Part shown: one piece after another, positions 15,601 to 23,112 of the stretch | How the letters are laid out: every line of letters starts with the position of its first letter | Numbering within the stretch: the stretch's first letter is position 1 | Translations under genes and position numbers: made by a program | Notes under the pieces: generated by a model | The model's input: the letters and a program-made list of their open reading frames with translations, nothing else | Told to the model about the DNA's origin: nothing | Database searches by the model: none | Assembly (NCBI GenBank): GCA_903854535.1 | Contig: CAINWR010000071.1 | Location: forward strand, 1-43,477 | Origin: Candidatus Staskawiczbacteria bacterium | GTDB lineage: Bacteria > Patescibacteriota > Minisyncoccia > Minisyncoccales > Staskawiczbacteraceae | Direction of reading: 5' to 3' | DNA: 43,477 nucleotides

Positions 15601-16419
15601 TTGTCATATAGAAAGCATCACGTAAAATCTAAAATAAAGAAATTAAAGCCGAAAAAATCTATTTTAAAAAATAAGTGGTTTTGGTATATAGCTTTAATTG
15701 TGATATTGTTTTTTGCAATTTCATATTTTTTATTATTTGCAAAATTTTTTAGTATAAATAATATTAATATTTCTGGAAATAAAGATATATCTACTGAAGA
15801 TATTTTTAAAATATCAAATAATAAAGTTAATAAGAAACTTTTTTCTTTAGGAAGTTGGCAAGTTATTTCAAGAAGTTTTTTTCTAACAAATCCAAATTAT
15901 ATTAAAGAAGAAATTGTTAATCAATTTCCTAAAGTAAATGAGATATTGGTTCAAAAAAAAATGTTTCAAACTTTGGAGATAGAAATTAAGGAGAGAGAGG
16001 CAAAAGCTATTTTTTGTAATAATCAGTTAAATAAAGATTGTTATTTTGTAGATAAAAGTGGAATTGCTTTTGATTTTTTGGAAACTTTACCAACAGGATT
16101 TTTTATAATAAGAGATGATAAAGAGGCTGTAGCTGGAAAAGAGATTGTTAATCAAAATATAATTGATGGTATTTTAAAGGCAAAACAAATATTAAAAGAT
16201 AATTATAATATAGACATTGAAGATGTTTTAATTACAACCCCACTTAGATTAAATATCAAAACCTCAGAAAATTGGCAGGTTTATTTAACAACTGATTCTG
16301 ATTTAGATACACAAATTACAAAACTGGATTTGTTGTTAAAGGAAGAGATTACAGAATCAGTTCGTAAAAAATTGCAGTATATCGATTTACGCTTTAAAGA
16401 CAGAGCGTATTATAAGTAG
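15601..16419 (+). CDS. ftsQ: FtsQ/DivIB-like cell division protein (TM anchor plus POTRA)
   Basis: Basic N-terminus and a single TM helix, followed by an INNINISGNKDISTEDI POTRA-like start. TTG start taken from the ORF track. Confidence 0.6.
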   Translation: MSYRKHHVKSKIKKLKPKKSILKNKWFWYIALIVILFFAISYFLLFAKFFSINNINISGNKDISTEDIFKISNNKVNKKLFSLGSWQVISRSFFLTNPNYIKEEIVNQFPKVNEILVQKKMFQTLEIEIKEREAKAIFCNNQLNKDCYFVDKSGIAFDFLETLPTGFFIIRDDKEAVAGKEIVNQNIIDGILKAKQILKDNYNIDIEDVLITTPLRLNIKTSENWQVYLTTDSDLDTQITKLDLLLKEEITESVRKKLQYIDLRFKDRAYYK

Positions 16420-16447
16420 GTTGTAGTTTGTAGGTTGTAGTGAGTAG
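16417..16447 (+). repeat. Five TAG triplets at exact 7-nt spacing, the first being the ftsQ stop codon
   Basis: tag gttg tag tttg tag gttg tag tgag tag, with TAG at 16417, 16424, 16431, 16438 and 16445. Confidence 0.9.
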
Positions 16448-16450
16448 CCG

Positions 16451-16547
16451 TCATTGCGAGGAAGTTGCAACTGACGAAGCAATCTCAAAGGTTGTTTTGT
16501 AATCAGCAGCTGGGATTGCTTCGGGTATTGCCATACCCTCGCAATGA
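16451..16547. repeat. Nested inverted repeat (tcattgcgagg...cctcgcaatga enclosing cgaagcaatc...gattgcttcg)
   Basis: Outer 11-bp arms at 16451-16461 and 16537-16547. Inner 10-bp arms at 16475-16484 and 16514-16523. Confidence 0.85.
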
Positions 16548-16570
16548 TAATTAAAATCGTGCAAGAGAAA

Positions 16571-16600
16571 AGCCCGTGTCCTTGTTAGAACGCGGGCTTT
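16571..16600 (-). terminator. Terminator of the GC-rich orphan gene 17208-16645
   Basis: agcccg...cgggct stem flanked by A and T runs. Confidence 0.6.
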
Positions 16601-16644
16601 TTGCATTTCTGCACTGAATCAATTGCCTTCCGTGGCAATGATCC

Positions 16645-17208
16645 CTACTTTTTCTCGTACTTTGCTAAGAGCGTGTCCATACGCTCTTTGGCCGGGCCAA
16701 ATTGTTTTTTGAGGTCAACGTACTCGTCGTACGTGACCTCGGAAATACTGCCGTCAGCGTTATGGAACCCCTGAACGGCAAATGGCCAGTTAATGCAGGA
16801 GATTTTCCCCTGCGCCTCGCACAGCTCCCAGACTTCCTTGCCGGGACTTTTTTTTCGGTCCAGACGGAACAAAATGTCCGTTGACACCGAGTCGAAACTG
16901 TCAATTTTGCGGTCCATGATCGGCGTCGGGTCGAGCACGAAGCTCAGTGCCGACGAGTACCTGTGTTGGTACTCAAGCTCAAGTTTTTCGAGGCGCTTTT
17001 TGTAAGACTCGTACTCGCCTTGCCCAAACTTGGGCTGAGCGAGATTGAACACTACCCATGCCGTGTCACGGTCCACCTGGCGGTCGTATTCGCAGACCTG
17101 CGATTCGAACCGCCACTGGGCGAATGAGCGGTATGCCCATTTCCCAGGAAAGAAAACGATTCCCATCAACCCAGCGATCAGAATGGCTTGGAAAAAACGT
17201 GCCTTCAT
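16645..17208 (-). CDS. Membrane-anchored hypothetical protein (187 aa), GC-rich orphan
   Basis: ATG 17208 is preceded by GGGAG. One N-terminal TM helix (FFQAILIAGLMGIVFF). By eye about half G+C. It has its own consensus promoter and terminator. Confidence 0.6.
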   Translation of the reverse strand: MKARFFQAILIAGLMGIVFFPGKWAYRSFAQWRFESQVCEYDRQVDRDTAWVVFNLAQPKFGQGEYESYKKRLEKLELEYQHRYSSALSFVLDPTPIMDRKIDSFDSVSTDILFRLDRKKSPGKEVWELCEAQGKISCINWPFAVQGFHNADGSISEVTYDEYVDLKKQFGPAKERMDTLLAKYEKK

Positions 17209-17270
17209 TGAAAGTCTCCCGTGTAAAGGTGCTTGGGCAGGGGACAACGTCCCCATTCACCCATATATTA

Positions 17271-17299
17271 ATTATAGCATAATTAAGCAAGCTTGTCAA
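17271..17299 (-). promoter_or_regulatory. Consensus sigma-70-type promoter for the GC-rich orphan gene 17208-16645
   Basis: Minus strand reads TTGACA-agcttgcttaattatgc(17)-TATAAT. Confidence 0.6.
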
Positions 17300-17345
17300 G
17301 GGATTGTGAGCAGAATAAAATAATGATATAAAAAAGAATAAATGA

Positions 17346-17418
17346 GTTGAAAGTTTATCAAGTTTTTAAAGTTTATCAAGTCGACTTTATAACTTGTAAC
17401 TTTATAACTTGATAAACC
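17346..17418. repeat. AT-rich tandem-repeat hairpin (family B) ending just before the adk ATG
   Basis: Left arm has repeated aaagttt/atcaagt units, centre is gtcgac, and the right arm has complementary ataactt units. gtttatcaagtt (17353-17364) pairs perfectly with aacttgataaac (17406-17417). Confidence 0.8.
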
Positions 17419-17423
17419 TATTT

Positions 17424-18119
17424 ATGAAGCAAGTAGTTATAATATTTGGCCCTCCTGGGGCGGGTAAGGGTGTGCAATCAGAATTATTAGCTGAGAAATT
17501 AAGTTATTATCATTTAGAATCTAGTAAGGTTCTTGAAAATTGTTTTAAAAAAGAATCTCCTGATAAAACTTTTGAAATTGATGGACAGATATTTAAAGTA
17601 GCAGATCAGCAAAAACTTTGGGAGACTGGCATTTTAGTTGATCCACCTTTTATAGTGGAATTAATGAAAGAAAGAATTGCTGAAATACATAATCAAGATG
17701 AAGAAAGCTTAATTTTATCTGGCTCTCCGAGAACTCTTTATGAAGCTGAGAGAATAATTCCTGTTTTAGAAGGATTTTATGGAAAAGAAAATATTAAAGT
17801 AATATTTTTGGAGATTTCTGCAGAAACTACTTTGTGGAGAAATTCTAAAAGAAAAATTTGTGAGCTTATGCGACATTCAATTTTATTTAATAATGAAACT
17901 GAAAATCTTACAATTTGCCCACTTGATGGATCTATACTTAAGAAGAGAGAAAAACTTGATGATCCAGAAACTATAAAAGTTCGTTTGAAAGAATATGCAG
18001 AAAGAACTTTCCCTATGCTTGAATATTTAGAGAATCAGGGTGTAAAAGTTCATAAGCTTAATGGAGAAAAAACCATTGCTGAAGTTCATGCAGAAGTGAT
18101 GAAGGTGGTAGTAAGTTAA
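17424..18119 (+). CDS. adk: Adenylate kinase
   Basis: IIFGPPGAGKG P-loop, a LID segment with Cys/His residues, and conserved placement before map. Confidence 0.9.
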   Translation: MKQVVIIFGPPGAGKGVQSELLAEKLSYYHLESSKVLENCFKKESPDKTFEIDGQIFKVADQQKLWETGILVDPPFIVELMKERIAEIHNQDEESLILSGSPRTLYEAERIIPVLEGFYGKENIKVIFLEISAETTLWRNSKRKICELMRHSILFNNETENLTICPLDGSILKKREKLDDPETIKVRLKEYAERTFPMLEYLENQGVKVHKLNGEKTIAEVHAEVMKVVVS

Positions 18120-18123
18120 TTTT

Positions 18124-18870
18124 ATGATAAGCATAAAAACCCAAGAGGAAATTGAAATAATGGCTGAAGGTGGCAGAATTTTAGCAAATGCTTTAAAACA
18201 ATTAAAAGTTAAGGCAGTAGCTGGAGTTACCACTAGGGAGCTTGATAAGTTTGCCGAAAACTATATTTTAAGTTGCGGGGCATTACCAGCTTTTAAAGGA
18301 TATTCAGGGTTTCCTAATGCTTTGTGCGCTTCTGTAAATGAAGTAATTGTTCATGGAGTTCCAAGTGATTATGCTTTAAAAGAAGGAGATATTGTAAAAT
18401 TGGATTTAGGGGTTTTGTATAAAGGTTTTAATACAGATTCTGCTATTACAGTTTTAATCGGGCAAAGTTCTTTTGAGAAGCAAAGATTATTTAAGGCAAC
18501 TCAAAAAGCCTTAAGATTAGGTATTAAGAAAGTAAAACCTGGAAATACAACTGGAGATATTGGAAATACTATTGAAAGATTTGCTACAGATCAAAATTTT
18601 GGCATTGTAAGAGAATTAACTGGCCATGGAATTGGCAGAAAAGTTCATGAAGAACCAGAAGTTTTAAATTATGGTAAAAGGGGGACTGGGGTGAAGTTAG
18701 TTGAGGGTATGGTAATTTGCATTGAGCCAATGTTAACTTTGGGGGATTGTAAAATAAAAAAAGCCAATGATGGTTTTGGTTATCAAACAAAAGATGGTTC
18801 TGTCTCAGCCCATTTTGAACATACAATTGTAATTACCAAAAATGGAGCCCGCATCTTGACTGAAATTTAG
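18124..18870 (+). CDS. map: Methionine aminopeptidase type I
   Basis: VHGVP, D..LD, GHGIGRKVHEEP and EPM metal-ligand motifs. Confidence 0.95.
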   Translation: MISIKTQEEIEIMAEGGRILANALKQLKVKAVAGVTTRELDKFAENYILSCGALPAFKGYSGFPNALCASVNEVIVHGVPSDYALKEGDIVKLDLGVLYKGFNTDSAITVLIGQSSFEKQRLFKATQKALRLGIKKVKPGNTTGDIGNTIERFATDQNFGIVRELTGHGIGRKVHEEPEVLNYGKRGTGVKLVEGMVICIEPMLTLGDCKIKKANDGFGYQTKDGSVSAHFEHTIVITKNGARILTEI

Positions 18871-18954
18871 TTTGGGTGTAATAATATATTTAGTACAGAT
18901 GCTTATTGTGAGCATTTTTTGTTTCTCGCGACTCAACAGAAAAGGGGCACTCAG

Positions 18955-19317
18955 ATGCCGGAATTGGTTTCTCAACAAAAGGACGATGTCCTGGTTGTTC
19001 AGTTCACTTCCCAGAAGATTTTGTCCGATGTGTTTATTACCCAGATCGGCCGAGAGTTGCTGGAGTTGGTCGACGAGTCGAAGGGCAAAATGTTGCTTGA
19101 CTTTCAGGGTATAACGTTCATGTCGGCGGCCATGTTTGGCAAGATCGTCCTGGTCAAAAAGAAGTGCGATGTGGGCAAAACGCAATTGAAGCTTTGCAAC
19201 CTTGCTCCTTCTGTTGATGAGGTATTCGCGATTATTTGGAACAATCGGCACAGGGATTTCTTAGGCATTTATGATTCCGTTGAGGAGGCACTCAAGGCTT
19301 TCAAAAAACCGAAATAG
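18955..19317 (+). CDS. STAS-domain protein (anti-sigma-factor-antagonist-like), GC-rich orphan
   Basis: LLDFQGITFMSAAMFGKIVL resembles the SpoIIAA/RsbV phospho-Ser loop. AAGGGG lies 7 nt before ATG 18955. GC-rich composition. Confidence 0.7.
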   Translation: MPELVSQQKDDVLVVQFTSQKILSDVFITQIGRELLELVDESKGKMLLDFQGITFMSAAMFGKIVLVKKKCDVGKTQLKLCNLAPSVDEVFAIIWNNRHRDFLGIYDSVEEALKAFKKPK

Positions 19318-19364
19318 TTTAATTGATAGCGATTTCGTCTCGGTCCGGTTCTGTTGTTCAATGT

Positions 19365-19394
19365 GGTGGCTCACTTCCGGGCGCCACTTTTTTT
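19365..19394 (+). terminator. Terminator after the STAS gene
   Basis: gtggc...gccac stem followed by a T7 run. Confidence 0.5.
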
Positions 19395-19436
19395 GTTGTA
19401 ATTTTTTCTTGGTTTGTGGTAAAATTAATTATAATT

Positions 19437-19504
19437 AGCGTCTAGAGTATAGCTTCTAGGGTTTAGTCATTTTTTACTAAACGCTAGACGCTAAACGCTA
19501 AACC
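19437..19504. repeat. Heptad-repeat hairpin (family A), inverted orientation
   Basis: agcgtctagagtatagcttctagggtttag / loop / ctaaacgctagacgctaaacgctaaacc. Close to the reverse complement of 8843-8905. It ends 3 nt before the tpiA ATG. Confidence 0.85.
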
Positions 19505-19507
19505 TTT

Positions 19508-20248
19508 ATGAAATCAATAATTATTGCAAATTGGAAATGCAATCCAAATAGTTTAAAAGAAGCAAAAAAATTATTTAGTGAAGTTAATAAAAAAGCCAAA
19601 GCTAAAAATACAGATGTAGTAGTTTGTGCACCTTTTGTTTACTTAGGTTTACTTAAAGGTAAAAATTTAGGAGCTCAGAATGTTTGTTTTGAGGAAAAAG
19701 GAGCTTTTACGGGCGAGGTTTCAACTTTGATGCTTAAAGATTTGGGAGTTGAATATGTTATAATTGGACACTCAGAAAGAAGAAAATATTTTAATGAAAA
19801 CAATTTAGATATTAATAAGAAAATTAAAATTTTATTAGAAGCAAAATTAAAACCAATTTTATGTATAGGTGAAACTAAGCAAGAATTTGAGGCGCACTTA
19901 AAGCCCGAAGTAATTGAAACTCAACTTACAGAAGCTTTAAAAGATATAAAGAAAGAAGATGTTAAAAATGTAATTATTGTATATGAGCCAGTTTGGGCAA
20001 TCAGTAGTAATGGAGGTGAAAATTGTTCTGTAGATGAGACAATGACATCAGTTGTTTTTATTAGAAAAATTATTTCAGAATTATATAATAGAGATACATC
20101 AGATATTGTTAAGGTGCTTTATGGGGGAAGTGTAAATAGTTTTAATTCTGCAGATTATATTAAGAACGCAAGAGTTGATGGTCTTTTAGTTGGCGCGTCT
20201 TCGCTTGATCTTGAAGAATTTTCATTGATTGTGAAGTCTGTTGAATAA
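19508..20248 (+). CDS. tpiA: Triosephosphate isomerase
   Basis: ANWKCN, GHSERR and YEPVWAI motifs. Confidence 0.95.
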   Translation: MKSIIIANWKCNPNSLKEAKKLFSEVNKKAKAKNTDVVVCAPFVYLGLLKGKNLGAQNVCFEEKGAFTGEVSTLMLKDLGVEYVIIGHSERRKYFNENNLDINKKIKILLEAKLKPILCIGETKQEFEAHLKPEVIETQLTEALKDIKKEDVKNVIIVYEPVWAISSNGGENCSVDETMTSVVFIRKIISELYNRDTSDIVKVLYGGSVNSFNSADYIKNARVDGLLVGASSLDLEEFSLIVKSVE

Positions 20249-20468
20249 TAAAAAATAAAATAAATTGTTATAAAAAAACGTATAATAGATACAATGCAAC
20301 AAAGCCCAACTATTTTAGAAGGGCTAAGGTATTTGTTAGGGGATTTTGCGCTCATTTCGCAAAAAGTAAGAAGCTGTGTCTATAATAGGAATACAGCTTT
20401 TTGCTTGCAGTAGATTAAATTTGCATAGATAAAATTTTTGGTGTAAAATAACTTAATATATTAAAATC

Positions 20469-22235
20469 ATGAAGTCACAAGATCTTAGACAAAAATATTT
20501 AGATTTTTTTAAGAAAAATGGGCATGCAATAATTCCCAGCGCTTCTTTAATTCCAGAAAATGATCCAACTGTGCTTTTTACCACAGCTGGTATGCATCCT
20601 TTGGTTCCATATTTACTTGGTGGAGATCATCCAGAAGGCAAAAGGTTAGTTGATATTCAAAAGTGTATAAGAACTGGTGACATAGATGATGTGGGAGATG
20701 ACACACATTTAACATTTTTTGAAATGATGGGGAACTGGTCTTTGGGAGATTATTGGAAAGATGATGCTATAAAATGGAGTTTTGAATTTTTGACAAAGGA
20801 ATTAAATATTCCACTTGAGAGGTTGGCAGTAACTTGTTTTGTTGGAGATAATGATGCAGAAAAAGATGAGGAGTCGGCAAAAATTTGGGAAAACTTGGGA
20901 ATAAAAAAAGAAAGAATTGCATTTCTGTCAAAAACTGATAATTGGTGGGGACCTGCTGGCAAAACTGGTCCTTGTGGCCCAGATACAGAAATATTTTATT
21001 GGAAATTAAATAGCGAAAAAGCCCCGAAAATTTTTGATGCAAAAAATAAAAACTGGGTAGAGATTTGGAATAATGTTTTTATGCAGTATATTAAGGATGA
21101 AAATGGAAAATATAATTTAGCTAAACAAAAAAATGTTGATACTGGAATGGGCCTTGAAAGAACCTGTGCTTTGCTTAATGGAAAAGAAAATGCTTATGAA
21201 ACAGATTTATTTTTAAATATAATTAATAAAATAGAAGAACTGTCTGGTAGGGAGTATAAAGATAATATTAAATCTTTTAGAATAATAGCCGATCACTTAA
21301 AAGCTGTTACATTTATAGTGGGAGATAACAGGGGCGTGCCCCCAAGTAATTTAGGGCAAGGATATATTGTAAGGCGTTTGATTCGTAGAGCTATAAGATT
21401 TGGCAGACAATTAGGAATTAAGCAAAATTTATGGACTAAAGAAATTGCTTTAGTAATAATAAATGACTATAAAAAATATTATCCCGAACTTGAAGTTAAT
21501 CAAGATTTTATTATGCGACAACTTGATACTGAAGAGGAAAAATTTTCTAAAACTTTAGATGCAGGATTAAAGCAATTTGAGTGTTTAGATTGCAAAGATG
21601 GCATCACGGGCAAAGATGCATTTTTGCTTTATCAAACTTATGGTTTTCCAATTGAAATGACCGAGGAATTGGCTAGAGAAAAAGGATTAAAAATTGACAT
21701 GGATGAATTTAAAAAAGAATCAGAGAAGCACCAAGAGCTTTCAAGAACCGCAAGTGCTGGAACATTTAAGGGTGGATTAGCAGATAACAGTGAGGCAACC
21801 ACAAAGTTGCACACATCTGCACATTTGATGCTTGCTGGCCTTAGGAAATTTTTGCAAGATAGTGTCTCTCAAAAAGGAAGTAATATCACTGCAGAAAGAG
21901 TGAGATTTGATTTTGCGTGGAAAGAGAAAATGACTCCAGAACAAATTAAGCAAGTGGAAGATTTTGTAAACCAAGCAATCGCCAAAGACTTGCCGGTAAT
22001 TTGCAAGGAAATGAGTTTAGATGAAGCAAAAGAAATAAATGCCACAGGAGTTTTTGAACATAAATATGGCGAAAGAGTAAAAGTATATTTTATTGGAGAG
22101 GGCGAGCAAAACATAAGCAAAGAAATTTGCGGAGGTCCTCATGTAGAGAGGACGGGAGCTATGGGTAAATTTAAAATTCAAAAAGAAGAATCATCTTCTG
22201 CAGGAGTTAGAAGAATTAAAGCAACTCTTGAATAA
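20469..22235 (+). CDS. alaS: Alanine--tRNA ligase, compact form lacking the C-Ala domain
   Basis: Catalytic core (FTTAGMHP, WGPAGKTGPCGPDTEIF) and editing-domain motifs HTSAHLM and CGGPHV. The protein ends at 588 aa. Confidence 0.9.
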   Translation: MKSQDLRQKYLDFFKKNGHAIIPSASLIPENDPTVLFTTAGMHPLVPYLLGGDHPEGKRLVDIQKCIRTGDIDDVGDDTHLTFFEMMGNWSLGDYWKDDAIKWSFEFLTKELNIPLERLAVTCFVGDNDAEKDEESAKIWENLGIKKERIAFLSKTDNWWGPAGKTGPCGPDTEIFYWKLNSEKAPKIFDAKNKNWVEIWNNVFMQYIKDENGKYNLAKQKNVDTGMGLERTCALLNGKENAYETDLFLNIINKIEELSGREYKDNIKSFRIIADHLKAVTFIVGDNRGVPPSNLGQGYIVRRLIRRAIRFGRQLGIKQNLWTKEIALVIINDYKKYYPELEVNQDFIMRQLDTEEEKFSKTLDAGLKQFECLDCKDGITGKDAFLLYQTYGFPIEMTEELAREKGLKIDMDEFKKESEKHQELSRTASAGTFKGGLADNSEATTKLHTSAHLMLAGLRKFLQDSVSQKGSNITAERVRFDFAWKEKMTPEQIKQVEDFVNQAIAKDLPVICKEMSLDEAKEINATGVFEHKYGERVKVYFIGEGEQNISKEICGGPHVERTGAMGKFKIQKEESSSAGVRRIKATLE

Positions 22236-22245
22236 TTTTTAAAAT

Positions 22246-23091
22246 ATGCAAGAAATTTTTTATCCAAGAAATGAGGCCCAGGATTTGGAGTCAGAAAATA
22301 GTAGAGAAATAAAATTTTCCAATTCTATTGGGTTTGCAGAGGTTGATGGTAATCTAATGATCTTTAAAAGAAAAGATCTTATGATTAGTGAAGAGGATGT
22401 ATCTACTAGAGGCATTTTAAGTACTGGGGATAAAATAGATAATTTTTTAATTCCAAAGTTGCTGAAAGGTTTGCCTCAGCAAATGCATGATCTTGACAGA
22501 GAAATGACAGATGAAAGACGAGTCGCTGTAGAAAATTTAAGAAGCGGCAAACCTCAATTTATATCCATAGAAACATCTGAGGCAAATGAATTCTTTTTGA
22601 AAATTATTAAAAAATTCGGACAAGATTGCGTGCCTGGTGTTATAATTGTTCCACAGACAAAAGATGTTGTAAATTATATATCTGCTTTTAGAGATGGAGG
22701 TGGAGGGTTGAAGCGGTTAATCGGTGGTGATAATAAAGGGAATGAATTTGTAAAATCTTTGAACTTATTAGTACCAACGATTTCTAGTATTGAAATTGAT
22801 GAAAACGAATCAGTATATGCTGTTGAATTTATCACAGATGGAGAGCAGCCTAGAAAAATAACAAGGGAAGAGATGGAGGATTGGCTGGCTAGAGTAAGGG
22901 AAAGCAGGATTGTATTTGCACTTGATGTTGGCTCAAACGATCCTACTTTGGATAATTTTATTAGAAAAAACAATAGCTTGTATTGGATTGATGGTGATAT
23001 AGTAGAAAGTCATATAGCAAAAGATGATATAGAGTTATCTGAATCTATAGAGAAAATGAGAAAAATATTATCTAATTTTTTAGAAAAATAA
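22246..23091 (+). CDS. Hypothetical protein (281 aa)
   Basis: Long ORF with native composition. No motif recognised. Confidence 0.6.
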   Translation: MQEIFYPRNEAQDLESENSREIKFSNSIGFAEVDGNLMIFKRKDLMISEEDVSTRGILSTGDKIDNFLIPKLLKGLPQQMHDLDREMTDERRVAVENLRSGKPQFISIETSEANEFFLKIIKKFGQDCVPGVIIVPQTKDVVNYISAFRDGGGGLKRLIGGDNKGNEFVKSLNLLVPTISSIEIDENESVYAVEFITDGEQPRKITREEMEDWLARVRESRIVFALDVGSNDPTLDNFIRKNNSLYWIDGDIVESHIAKDDIELSESIEKMRKILSNFLEK

Positions 23092-23112
23092 AAATTATTT
23101 TTAATCAATCTT

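Noticed and set aside
17101-17114. A GGTTCGAATC T-loop-like string on the minus strand, considered as a possible tRNA
   Set aside because: The flanking bases do not form a T stem or any cloverleaf, and it lies inside the GC-rich orphan ORF.
16665-17323. Several overlapping 60-92-aa ORFs on both strands in the GC-rich block
   Set aside because: They are by-products of low stop-codon density in GC-rich sequence. Only the 187-aa frame has a promoter, a Shine-Dalgarno sequence, a TM helix and a terminator in the right places.
18805-19251. A 148-aa minus-strand ORF overlapping the STAS gene
   Set aside because: The plus-strand frame carries a recognisable STAS pattern, a Shine-Dalgarno sequence and a terminator. 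Long antisense ORFs are expected in GC-richer DNA.
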